Below are positions 30,760-39,396 of a stretch of 64,000 bases of DNA, in pieces. The first letter of the stretch is position 1. Each line of letters starts with the position of its first letter. This stretch comes from an uncultured delta proteobacterium (GTDB lineage Bacteria; Myxococcota_A; Polyangia; Fen-1088), in contig CAVYGB010000008.1 in NCBI GenBank assembly GCA_963767925.1, forward strand, positions 2,464,001 to 2,528,000, given 5' to 3'. Below the pieces are notes generated by a model. It saw only the letters and a list, made by a program, of their open reading frames with translations. It was not told where the DNA came from and did not search any database. Made by a program: the position numbers and the translations under genes.

Positions 30760-33208
30760 CTACACGTCCTGGGCGCAGCGAAAGCCGGCGAAGATCTGGC
30801 GCCGCTCGGGGAAGTCCCAGTTCCGCATGGTGTTGCGGGCCACGATGGCCGCCGTCGCGAACGAGCCGCCCCGCAGGACCCGGTAGCTGTCGCCGAAGAA
30901 GATCTCCGAATATTGCGGGTAGGGATAGCTCACGAACCCCGGGTAGGGGGAAAACGGGCTCGCGGTCCATTCCCACACGTCGCCCAGCATCTGCAGGCAG
31001 CCGTAGGGGCTGCGACCGTCGGCGTAGCTGCCGGCGATCTGCGGCTCGAGACACCGTTGATCAAGGTTGGCCCGGGTGGCGTCGGGCGGATCGTCTCCCC
31101 AGGGATGTCGCCGGCTCACCCCGCGGGCCACGTCCCAGGCCGCGGCCTTCTCCCACTCGGCTTCGCTGGGCAGGCGCTTGCCTGCCCAGCGGGCGAAGGC
31201 GCTGGCCTCGTGCCAGCTCACGTGCACGACCGGGCGGCCGAGGTCGATCGGGCCCGGGCGGCCGAACACGACCGCGCAGAAGCGGCGCGCCTCCCGCCGC
31301 CAGTGGCGGGGCGCCTCCGCCCGTTCGCTCTCGCGCCAGCGCCAGCCGACCTCCGACCAGAGCTCGCGCCGGCGGTAGCCGCCGTCCTCGATGAACTGGA
31401 GGTAGCGCCCGTTGGTGACGGGGATGACGTCCAGACGGAAGGCGGGGACCTCTACCGTGTGGGCGGGCCGCTCGTTGTCATAGGCCCAGGCCCGATCGTC
31501 GGTGCCCATGGTGAAGGGGCCTGCCGGGACCAGCACGCTGTCGGCCAGCGGCGCCGGAGTCACCAGGGGGGGCGTGAGCTGCTCCACGAAGGCGGGCTGG
31601 TAGTGGGAGATCCTCGCGCAGCGAGATGGCCTGCAACATGGTCTCCTGGTGCTGGGCCTCGTGCTGGGCCACCATGTTCACGACGAACCCGCCGTTGAGC
31701 AGGCCCCCGTCGGGCGGCGCGGCCGGCTGCTGGCGGGATCCCCACTTGCGGGCGAGCCCCGCGTAGACCTGCCGGCGGACGTCGTCCATCGCCCGGCGGG
31801 TCTCGGCCGCGGTGGGCAGGGGCAGATCCTGGCGCTGGGCTCGGGGGGTGACCAGCGGATCGTACATGCGCTCGAGCCCCTCGCCGGTCTCGGCTTCGGC
31901 AGCGGCCTCCGGCTCCGGCTCGGGCTCGGGCGGCAGCTCGGCCCCACCCTCTTCGGCCAGCCGGCGCACCAGCCAGAGCTTCTCGAAGCTGGCCACGTGG
32001 CCCAGATCCCAGACGATGGGGCTCATCAGCGGGCTGTGTTGCCGCATCAGATCCGCCTCCGACAGGGGCGCGACCATCTCGAAGGTGCGCCGCCGGACCG
32101 AATCGAGCATCGATCGCCAGCGCAAGCGCAGGGGCGCCGCGGCCGGCGGCGGCGCCGGCCGCTTCCGCCAGAGGAACAGCCCGAAGCGGTCCCGGTCGTC
32201 GCTCTGGCTCCACTCGAGCCGGAACCCGTACCGCTCCACCGCCGCCGCGGCGGCCTCGGGCCGGTACTTGTAGCTCACCTCGGTACAGATCCGCTCGCCG
32301 CGGGCGATGCGGAAGCTCCGGTCGAGCAGCGGCAGGCGGACCTGCACCTCCCGGTCGAACCCGGCGTAGATCTCGATCCGCTCGTTCTGGGGGTTGTAGT
32401 AGGCGACGTGTTCGACCGCCTCGAGGGGGACGTCGGTGCCCAGCTCCCGGTTCATCCGCACGAACAGGTTGCGGGTGAACCGCTCGGTCCAGCCGGCGGC
32501 GTCTTGATAGGCCGCCTCCAGCGCCCGGCTGTCGTGGGCGAAGTCGAGCCCCACGAGGAGGAGATCCCCCGCGCCGAGGCTGTCGGCGATGAGGCCGAGG
32601 AACTCGCTCTGGCCGTGGCGCCCGAGGTTGCCCAGGCTCGATCCCAGGAAGGCGAGCAACATCGGCGAGGCCTGGGGCAACACGGGCAGCGCCCGCTCGT
32701 AAGAGGCGGCCAGCGCCTCGACGGTGAGCTGGGGGTAGCGGCGGGTGAGCTCGCGGCTGGCCCGGGCCAGCGTCTCCATGCTGACGTCGACCGGGATGTA
32801 GCGACAGGGTCCCCGCGAGGTCCAGGCGTCGAGCAGCCGCCGCGTCTTGGTCGACGAGCCCGAGCCCAGCTCGACCAGGGTGACGTCTCCGGCGATCTCC
32901 CGGATGCGGTTGGCGTGGCGGGCCAGCAACGCGTCTTCGGTGCGGGTCTGGTAATATTCGGGCTGTTCGGTGATGCGCTCGAACAGCGCCGAGCCCTGGG
33001 CGTCGTACAGATACTGCGAATCCAGCCAGCGCGGGCTGGCCTCCAGACCGGCCGCCACCGACAGGGCGAACGCCAGCGGCGTCTCCCGGTATTCGTCGGC
33101 ATGAAGGATCAGTCGGTCCTGCGCTTCGCGGCGCCATCCGTGGGGCGCGCAGAGCTGGTCGGACGTACGAACGGGCTGCCGGTTGCGAGCAAATTCCAAG
33201 TTGGGCAT
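30760..33208 (-). CDS. egtD-egtB: Fusion of EgtD (histidine N-alpha-methyltransferase) and EgtB (sulfoxide synthase), with one apparent frameshift near 31605
   Basis: EgtD: YLYDAQGSALFERITEQPEYY, VELGSG, FLGSSLGN, TEVSYK. EgtB: QHSPLMSPIVWDLGH, QHEAQHQETM, RLPSEAEWEKAA, GDVWEWT, RNWDFPERRQIFAGFR. Confidence 0.88.
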
Positions 33209-33444
33209 CGAGCCGTTCCCTCCCACGCTGGTTTCGGAGCGGCTCAGCTTAGCGCACGACGTCTTCCTGGAAAGGCCCCGTCAAACATCTCTCTGACTGC
33301 AGCCAGCAGCGCCACAGGCGGGAAGCTGGGAGCGCGTCGGACGAATGCAAGATGCAAGACCCCGCTGCCGTGTGCGCCGACCCCGCCGAGGCCGTCGGCC
33401 TTTTCGAGCAAACCTGTGCGGGTCCCGGCTGCGCGGCGATTGAC

Positions 33445-34962
33445 CTAGCCGTCCCCCTGCAGCGTCCGCGCCGAAAGGCGCAAACCGCGCGGAATAACCA
33501 GCCGCTCGAGCCCATCGAAGAGAGCTTGCACGGCCAATGCCAGCAGCGACGCCGGTATGGCGCCTTCCAGAATCAGCGCGACATCGTCGAGGCGCACGCC
33601 GGTGAAGATGGGCTGGCCGAAGCCGCCCGCGCCAACCAGGGCGCCCAGGGTCGCCGTGCCCACGTTGATGACCGCCGCGCTCTTGATGCCGGCGAGGATG
33701 GATCGGCTCGCGAGCGGCAGGTCCACGAGGCGCAAGATGGCCGCCCGCTCGAGCCCGAGCGCCTCGGCCGACTGGCGGAGGTCGGCGGGCACGCTCGCCA
33801 GCCCGGCATGGGTATTCCGTACAATCGGAAGTAGACCGTAGAGGAACAGGGCCACCATCGCGGGCACCGCGCCCAGGCCCAGCAGGGGCACCATGAAGAC
33901 CAGCAGGGCCAGCGACGGCACCGTCTGCACGATCCCCACGGCGGCGAGCACGCCCCGTCCCAGCCGGGGCCGCCGCCAGGCCAGCACCCCCAGCGGGACG
34001 GCCACCAGGATCGCCGCCGCCAGCGACACGCTCACGAGGATCAGGTGTTCGCCCGTGCGCCGCAGGATCGAGCGCGCCCGTCCCGTCGACTCGAGCGCCA
34101 CCGCGCGGCCGAGGTGCTGCTGGAGGAAGCCAGCGGCCACGGCTGTCTCCGGCTGACGCTCGATCTTGGCCCGCGCGTTCAGCTCGATCATGGTCGAGCC
34201 CGAGATGGCGCCGGCCAGGCGCTCGAGGTCGCGCCAGACCTCGGGCCAGCGCTCCGCGGCCACCCGCCGGTAGACCAGGATGGCGTCGTAGCGCGGAAAG
34301 TGGGCCCGGTCGTCCGCGAGCGCGCGCAGGCCGTAGTAGCGGATCTCGGCGTCGGTCGAGTAGAGGTCGATCACGTCGATGTCGCCGGCCATGAGCCCCC
34401 GGTAGGCGAGGTCATGGTCGAGCCCCTGCACGCGGGCCTGCGGGAGCTGGTAGTGGCGGCGGAGGGAGGGCCATCCATCCTGACGGCTCATGAACTCGTT
34501 GCTGAAGCCGAAGCGCAGCTCGGGATGGCGGGCCAGATCGGAGGTGGTGCGAATGCCCAGCCGCTCGGCCAGATCCTCCCGCAGGCCGAGGGCGTAGGTG
34601 TTGTTGAACCCGAGGGGTCCGATCAAGCCGAGCCCCCGCGCCTCGAGCAGGCTCCGCAGCCGGGCCAGCCCTTCCGCCTCCTGGCCCTCGCCGCCCGCCT
34701 CCTGGCGGAAGATCTCCTGCCACAAGGTGCCGGTGTAATCCGGATACAGATCCACCTCGCCGGCCTCGAGCGCGTTCCAGACCAGCCGGGTCCCGCCCAG
34801 TCCGCGCCGGTGCTCGGCGGGCGCGCCGCTGGCCCGCGCCAGCTGCGTGGCGATCTCGCCCAGCACCACGGACTCGGTGAAGCTCTTGGAGGCCACCCGC
34901 ACCCCCGGCTCGCCGCCACACCCGAGCAGGAGCAGCGGCGCGCAGGCGAGCGGCGCCCTCAT
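33445..34962 (-). CDS. Betaine/osmoprotectant-type ABC transporter, fused substrate-binding domain and permease
   Basis: Lipobox-like LLGC; SKSFTESVVLGE, DLYPDYTGT, GFNNTYAL, DLYSTD, FPRYD; permease QTVPSLAL, SAEALG, GAGGFG. Confidence 0.9.
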   Translation of the reverse strand: MRAPLACAPLLLLGCGGEPGVRVASKSFTESVVLGEIATQLARASGAPAEHRRGLGGTRLVWNALEAGEVDLYPDYTGTLWQEIFRQEAGGEGQEAEGLARLRSLLEARGLGLIGPLGFNNTYALGLREDLAERLGIRTTSDLARHPELRFGFSNEFMSRQDGWPSLRRHYQLPQARVQGLDHDLAYRGLMAGDIDVIDLYSTDAEIRYYGLRALADDRAHFPRYDAILVYRRVAAERWPEVWRDLERLAGAISGSTMIELNARAKIERQPETAVAAGFLQQHLGRAVALESTGRARSILRRTGEHLILVSVSLAAAILVAVPLGVLAWRRPRLGRGVLAAVGIVQTVPSLALLVFMVPLLGLGAVPAMVALFLYGLLPIVRNTHAGLASVPADLRQSAEALGLERAAILRLVDLPLASRSILAGIKSAAVINVGTATLGALVGAGGFGQPIFTGVRLDDVALILEGAIPASLLALAVQALFDGLERLVIPRGLRLSARTLQGDG

Positions 34963-35711
34963 CGCCGGGACTCCAGCCCTTCTTCGACGGTACGCCGCTG
35001 AGCCTTCACGAAGACCGACACGAACGGATCGGCCGGCCGCACCAGCAGATCCTCGATGCTGCCCTGCTGGACGATGCGGCCGTCGCGCAGGAGCACGATC
35101 CGCCCGCCGAAGAAGGCCGCCTCGTCGAGGTCGTGGGTCACCAGGACAACCGTCTTGCGCAGGCTCACGAACAGCGCCGCCAGATCGTCCTGCAGCTCCC
35201 GCCGGACCAGCGGGTCGAGGGCCCCCAGCGGCTCGTCGAGCAGCAGCACCTCGGGATCGAGCATCAAGGCTCGCATCAGCGCCACCCGCTGCCGTTGCCC
35301 GCCCGAGAGCTGCAAGGGATAGCGATCGAGGGCGTCGGTCGGAAAACGCGTCATTCGCACGATCTCGTCGAGCCGGGCCTCGATCCGGGCCGCTGGCCAG
35401 CGGAGGTGGTGGGCCATCAAGGTGACGTTCTGGGCCGCGTCCAGGTGGGGAAACAGGCCGCCGTCCTGGATGACGTAGCCCATCTTGCGGCGCAGCTCCA
35501 GCACGTTGCCCCGATCGATCGGGACGCCGCGATAAGACACCTCCCCCTCGTCGGGATGCACGAGGCCGTTGAGCAGCCGGAGCAGGGTGGTCTTCCCGCA
35601 GCCGCTCGGCCCGATCAGCACCGTGCAGGTCCCCTCGGCGACCTCGAAATCGGTGGTGGCGAGCGCCTGCACGGCGCCGTATCGCTTGGCGACGGACTGC
35701 AACCGGAACAC
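34959..35711 (-). CDS. ABC transporter ATP-binding subunit (OpuA/OpuBA-like)
   Basis: GPSGCGKTT, GYVIQDGGLFPH, LSGGQRQR, LLLDEP. Confidence 0.92.
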   Translation of the reverse strand: MFRLQSVAKRYGAVQALATTDFEVAEGTCTVLIGPSGCGKTTLLRLLNGLVHPDEGEVSYRGVPIDRGNVLELRRKMGYVIQDGGLFPHLDAAQNVTLMAHHLRWPAARIEARLDEIVRMTRFPTDALDRYPLQLSGGQRQRVALMRALMLDPEVLLLDEPLGALDPLVRRELQDDLAALFVSLRKTVVLVTHDLDEAAFFGGRIVLLRDGRIVQQGSIEDLLVRPADPFVSVFVKAQRRTVEEGLESRR

Positions 35712-35799
35712 GGGCGGGTGGTTGTGCGGCAGGATCCCTCCGCCCGCACCATACAACGCCCGCCTCCGGTCGGCCTTGCCTGCTACCTTGGAGGTATCC

Positions 35800-36717
35800 A
35801 TGGCGACCCCCGCCCAGACGGCAGCCGCTCCGCAGCCGCGCGCGCCCGCGGAGGCCATGGCCGGGCGCCAGGGAGCCACCCCACCCGCCTGGCTGGGCCG
35901 GCCGCGCGGGGCACTGCTGCTCGACGTGCTCGCGGGCTGGCGCCAGAACCTCGACAAGCTGGCCCAGCTCGGCGCGCTCCTGCTGGCCTTCTTCCGCCCG
36001 GCCCTGGTGCGGGCCCGCCTCGAGCGGCTGCGCGCGCTCGGGCACGTCGCGCAGACCCCCAGCTTGCCCCAGCTCCTGGTGGCGGCCCGCGATCAGATGA
36101 TCGTGAGCGCCACCGAGGAGACGAAGATCTTCTACCGCAGCCAGCGCATCCCCTGGGTGTTCCACAACGTCCGGCGGCTGCTGTCCGGACCGGCCACCAT
36201 GCTCGATCCGGTCGGGCTGTTCTCCCCGCGCGACACCATCATCCACCACGTCCTGCAGACCTTCCACCGCCACCCGCTCTACGACCTCGTGCTCCTGCGG
36301 GCCCACCCCGACGGCGTCGAGGAGATGCGCCGCCAGGCTGCCCAGATCGTGGCCGGCAGCCACTCCCACCAGCGCGCCCTGGCCTCGCTGATCGAGGACG
36401 GCTCGTACCACGCCCGCCTCCCCGGGGAGATCGCCGAATTCCAGGCCGATCCCCTGGTCCCGGCTCGCCCGGTCCCCGACGGCCTGTTGCCCGATCCCCA
36501 CATGATGGCGGCGATGGATCAGTTCAAGGACCTCGCGGGCTACGTCCGCTACGCCGCCCGCCTGCGCACCGGCTGGGGCGGCGCCCTGCGGGCCTGGCTC
36601 GCCGTCGGCTTCGATGAGACGCTGGGCGGCCTGCTCGGCATCAAGCTGGGCCCCCGGGCGGTACGCGCCGGCGCGCTCGACCCCGAGATCGCCCGCCGGC
36701 ACCTGCCGGCCCGCTGA
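35800..36717 (+). CDS. Hypothetical protein
   Basis: GGAGG RBS and ATG; globular composition; His-rich motif IIHHVLQTFHRHPLYD. Confidence 0.7.
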   Translation: MATPAQTAAAPQPRAPAEAMAGRQGATPPAWLGRPRGALLLDVLAGWRQNLDKLAQLGALLLAFFRPALVRARLERLRALGHVAQTPSLPQLLVAARDQMIVSATEETKIFYRSQRIPWVFHNVRRLLSGPATMLDPVGLFSPRDTIIHHVLQTFHRHPLYDLVLLRAHPDGVEEMRRQAAQIVAGSHSHQRALASLIEDGSYHARLPGEIAEFQADPLVPARPVPDGLLPDPHMMAAMDQFKDLAGYVRYAARLRTGWGGALRAWLAVGFDETLGGLLGIKLGPRAVRAGALDPEIARRHLPAR

Positions 36718-36777
36718 GGCTCGAAGCCCGTCGCGGGAAGCCCCGGGCGACGGATCGGAGCCGCGCGCTCGACCCGT

Positions 36778-37341
36778 TCAGGCGCGCCCGCGCAGGGCCG
36801 GATCCACAATCAGGCGGTTGTCGACCCGCCGGACGCCGAGGACGTTGCCGGTGTCGCGCTCGGCCGCATCGGCCGCCTGGGGCGTCGCCACCGTCCCCTC
36901 CAGCGTGACCACCGCATCGAAGACCCGGACGCGGATCGCCCGCAGCTCCGGGCTCGGGCCGCGCGAGAGAGCCAGCCCCACGGCGTGCTCGAGCTGCTCG
37001 TCGCTGTCCGCCTCCTCGGAGAGGACCCCCAGCCGGTTGATCACGTCCTGGCAGCCGGCCACCCGCCGGGCCAGCACGCCGGCCAGCCGCTTGTGAGCCA
37101 GCGAGGGGACCTCCCCCTCCAGCACGGCGACGCCGGTCCGCACCTCGACCGAGATACGCCCCTCCAGCCCCTCGGGCGAGAGGATCTGGGTGCGCGCCGG
37201 ATCCGGGGCGTAGTCCGGCCAGATGCCGCAGCCGGCGAGCGCTGGGTCGGCGGCCAGCGCCCCCTTCAGCTCGCGCAGGATGGCTTCGTCCTCGTCACCA
37301 GGCGGCACGCTCCGGATCGGAACGCGTTCCTTCTCTTTCAT
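36778..37341 (-). CDS. BON-domain protein (two copies)
   Basis: VAVLEGEV..VINRL and VVTLEGTV..GVRRVDNRL. Confidence 0.8.
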   Translation of the reverse strand: MKEKERVPIRSVPPGDEDEAILRELKGALAADPALAGCGIWPDYAPDPARTQILSPEGLEGRISVEVRTGVAVLEGEVPSLAHKRLAGVLARRVAGCQDVINRLGVLSEEADSDEQLEHAVGLALSRGPSPELRAIRVRVFDAVVTLEGTVATPQAADAAERDTGNVLGVRRVDNRLIVDPALRGRA

Positions 37342-37440
37342 TCGCGACCCCCTTGCACCCGCGTTGGCAAGTCGGCCCGGGGCGGCCCGGCTCTTTCACT
37401 TTAGGGCCGGTTCGCGGCGGCGACCAGCGCCAAATCGAGA

Positions 37441-39384
37441 TCAGCGTTCGGGCGGAAACAGGACGGTACCGGCGGCCACGAAGTTCGCGTTGTAGAGGAT
37501 GTCCGACTCGACCACCGTCCACCAGCCGTCGCCCCAGGCGCCCTCCGGAAGGAACCCGGCGTCCCAGAGGTCGCTCTGCTGCCAGTGCCAGAGGCTGTGC
37601 GGCGGCAGCCCCGAGCGAAGCTGGCTCGGGTTGTCCCAGAGCAACGCCTTGGCGGGCGCGCCCGGGGCCAGCCAGCCGGCGTTCTGGGCGTTGGGCCCAT
37701 CGATCAGGAACCCCGGCGGTGGCGGCTCTCGAGGGCCCCACTCCGCGTGGTAGAAACGATCAGGCCCCTTCCCGACCCGCGTGATCATCGAGTAGCCGTT
37801 GGGGTTGCGACCGAGGATCCAGTGCCACTGGTCCTGCGCGGCGTCGGTCAGCCAGCTTCGCTCCGGATCGATCCGGGCGGCCATGGCCATCAGCAGCAGC
37901 TTCTCCATGAGGTTGGAGTTGCTGGCCCAGAAGTAGTCCTCCGGCGCGGAGGCGCAGCGGTACCCGTCGGTGCGCTCGACCCGGGTACGCAGGCGGTCGG
38001 CCACCGCCACCAGCCGCTGCCCGGCCTCGGCCCGCGTCTGGGGCGGCGCCTGCGGGTCGCGGGCCAGGGTCCACAGGCCGAGCCGGCTGATGTTCGCCCA
38101 GGCGCCGTCGAGGATCTTGTCGGGGCTCCTCGTCTCCTCGGCGCTGGCCAGCAGGGCCTGGGCCGAGGCGAGCGCGTCTTTCATGCGGAAGGAGCGCCAC
38201 ATCTCGGCCGCCGCCACGAAGCGCGCCCCCGTGTCATTGTGGATGGGTTCGTCGTCCCACAGCGGCTGGCTGCTCCCCCCCTTGCGAACCGCCCGCAGGT
38301 GGTCGGGATGGCTCGTCAGGAACCGCCAGCCCCGGCGGGCGGCCGCCGCACAGCGCGCGGCGAAGCGGGCATCCCAGGGAGGAAACAGGCGCGCCGCCAT
38401 CGCCAGCACCGCCACCGCCTTGGCGGTGGCCGAGCTGCTCGGCCCGGCCACCCAGCGCACGCTGCGATCCCGGTCGGCGGGCCCCTGCGGCGACCACTCC
38501 AGCACGGTCTCGCTGTGCCGGAAGGCGCCCGATCGATCCTGCAGCGAGAGGATCCACGACAGGCCGTAGCGCACCTCATCGAGCAGATCGGGCGTGCGGT
38601 TGCTCGACTCGGGGATCTGCAGCGAGAGCCCGCGGTAAAGCCCGGGCGCCCACTCGTAGGCCAGCAGCAACGTCGCCGCCGCCACCGCCGTCGAGGGGAT
38701 GTACATGTCGTAGTTGCCGGCATCGTGCCAGCCGCCCTGCAGCCGGAAGCGCCGCTTCCTGGCCGGGTGGTCGGCGGCGTCCCAGCCCACCTCCCCGTGG
38801 GCGTGGCAAGGGCCCGCCCGGGTGAAGGCCTGCTCCTCCCAGCGGGCGGGCGGCTCGACGAGCGCGGTCCGGCAGCGCTGAAAATAGAAGCTCTTGCTGC
38901 CGGCCACGATGGCCCGGCGGTAGATCCCCTCGCCGACCTCGAAGGGATCGCTCTGCGCCCCCTCGGCCGCGAGGCGAAAGCGCCCGTCCTCCTGCAGCTC
39001 GGAGAAGTCGACCTGCCAGACCGGATCACCCGAGGCCGGGTCGATCCCGCGGGCGACGATCTCGCTCCCCCCCAGCTCGCGCACGACCTGACCGGTGCGG
39101 GCGTCCTGCACAACGGCCCGCCGGGGCTCCACGTTGAAGATGGCGATCTTGCGCCAGGACCGCTCGTAGCCGACCGTGTTCACCTTTATCGCCGGGACGT
39201 TGATCCCGGGCATGGCCGGCGCGGCCCGGGCCGCCGGCCGGCCCGCATCGGTCGCCGCATCCCCCCCGGCATCAGCGGCCTTCCCGGGCGGCGACGGGGC
39301 CGGCCGGGCCGGCTCCCGCTGGCGGTGGCAGCTCCCGGTGGCCGAGAGGGCCCCCCAGGCGATAGCGAGGATCCAGGCCCGCAT
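37441..39384 (-). CDS. Glycoside hydrolase family 9 protein with N-terminal Ig-like domain, probably a lipoprotein
   Basis: KVNTVGY, DFSELQEDG, FYFQRC, GGWHDAGNY, PDLLDEVRY, WILGRNP, ESDILYNA. Confidence 0.85.
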   Translation of the reverse strand: MRAWILAIAWGALSATGSCHRQREPARPAPSPPGKAADAGGDAATDAGRPAARAAPAMPGINVPAIKVNTVGYERSWRKIAIFNVEPRRAVVQDARTGQVVRELGGSEIVARGIDPASGDPVWQVDFSELQEDGRFRLAAEGAQSDPFEVGEGIYRRAIVAGSKSFYFQRCRTALVEPPARWEEQAFTRAGPCHAHGEVGWDAADHPARKRRFRLQGGWHDAGNYDMYIPSTAVAAATLLLAYEWAPGLYRGLSLQIPESSNRTPDLLDEVRYGLSWILSLQDRSGAFRHSETVLEWSPQGPADRDRSVRWVAGPSSSATAKAVAVLAMAARLFPPWDARFAARCAAAARRGWRFLTSHPDHLRAVRKGGSSQPLWDDEPIHNDTGARFVAAAEMWRSFRMKDALASAQALLASAEETRSPDKILDGAWANISRLGLWTLARDPQAPPQTRAEAGQRLVAVADRLRTRVERTDGYRCASAPEDYFWASNSNLMEKLLLMAMAARIDPERSWLTDAAQDQWHWILGRNPNGYSMITRVGKGPDRFYHAEWGPREPPPPGFLIDGPNAQNAGWLAPGAPAKALLWDNPSQLRSGLPPHSLWHWQQSDLWDAGFLPEGAWGDGWWTVVESDILYNANFVAAGTVLFPPER

Positions 39385-39396
39385 GTCTCCCTCGAG

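Noticed and set aside
30760..33208. Selenoneine (SenA) or ovothiol (OvoA) synthase
   Set aside because: No senB or selD nearby; the methyltransferase is N-terminal and EgtD-type, not the C-terminal OvoA type.
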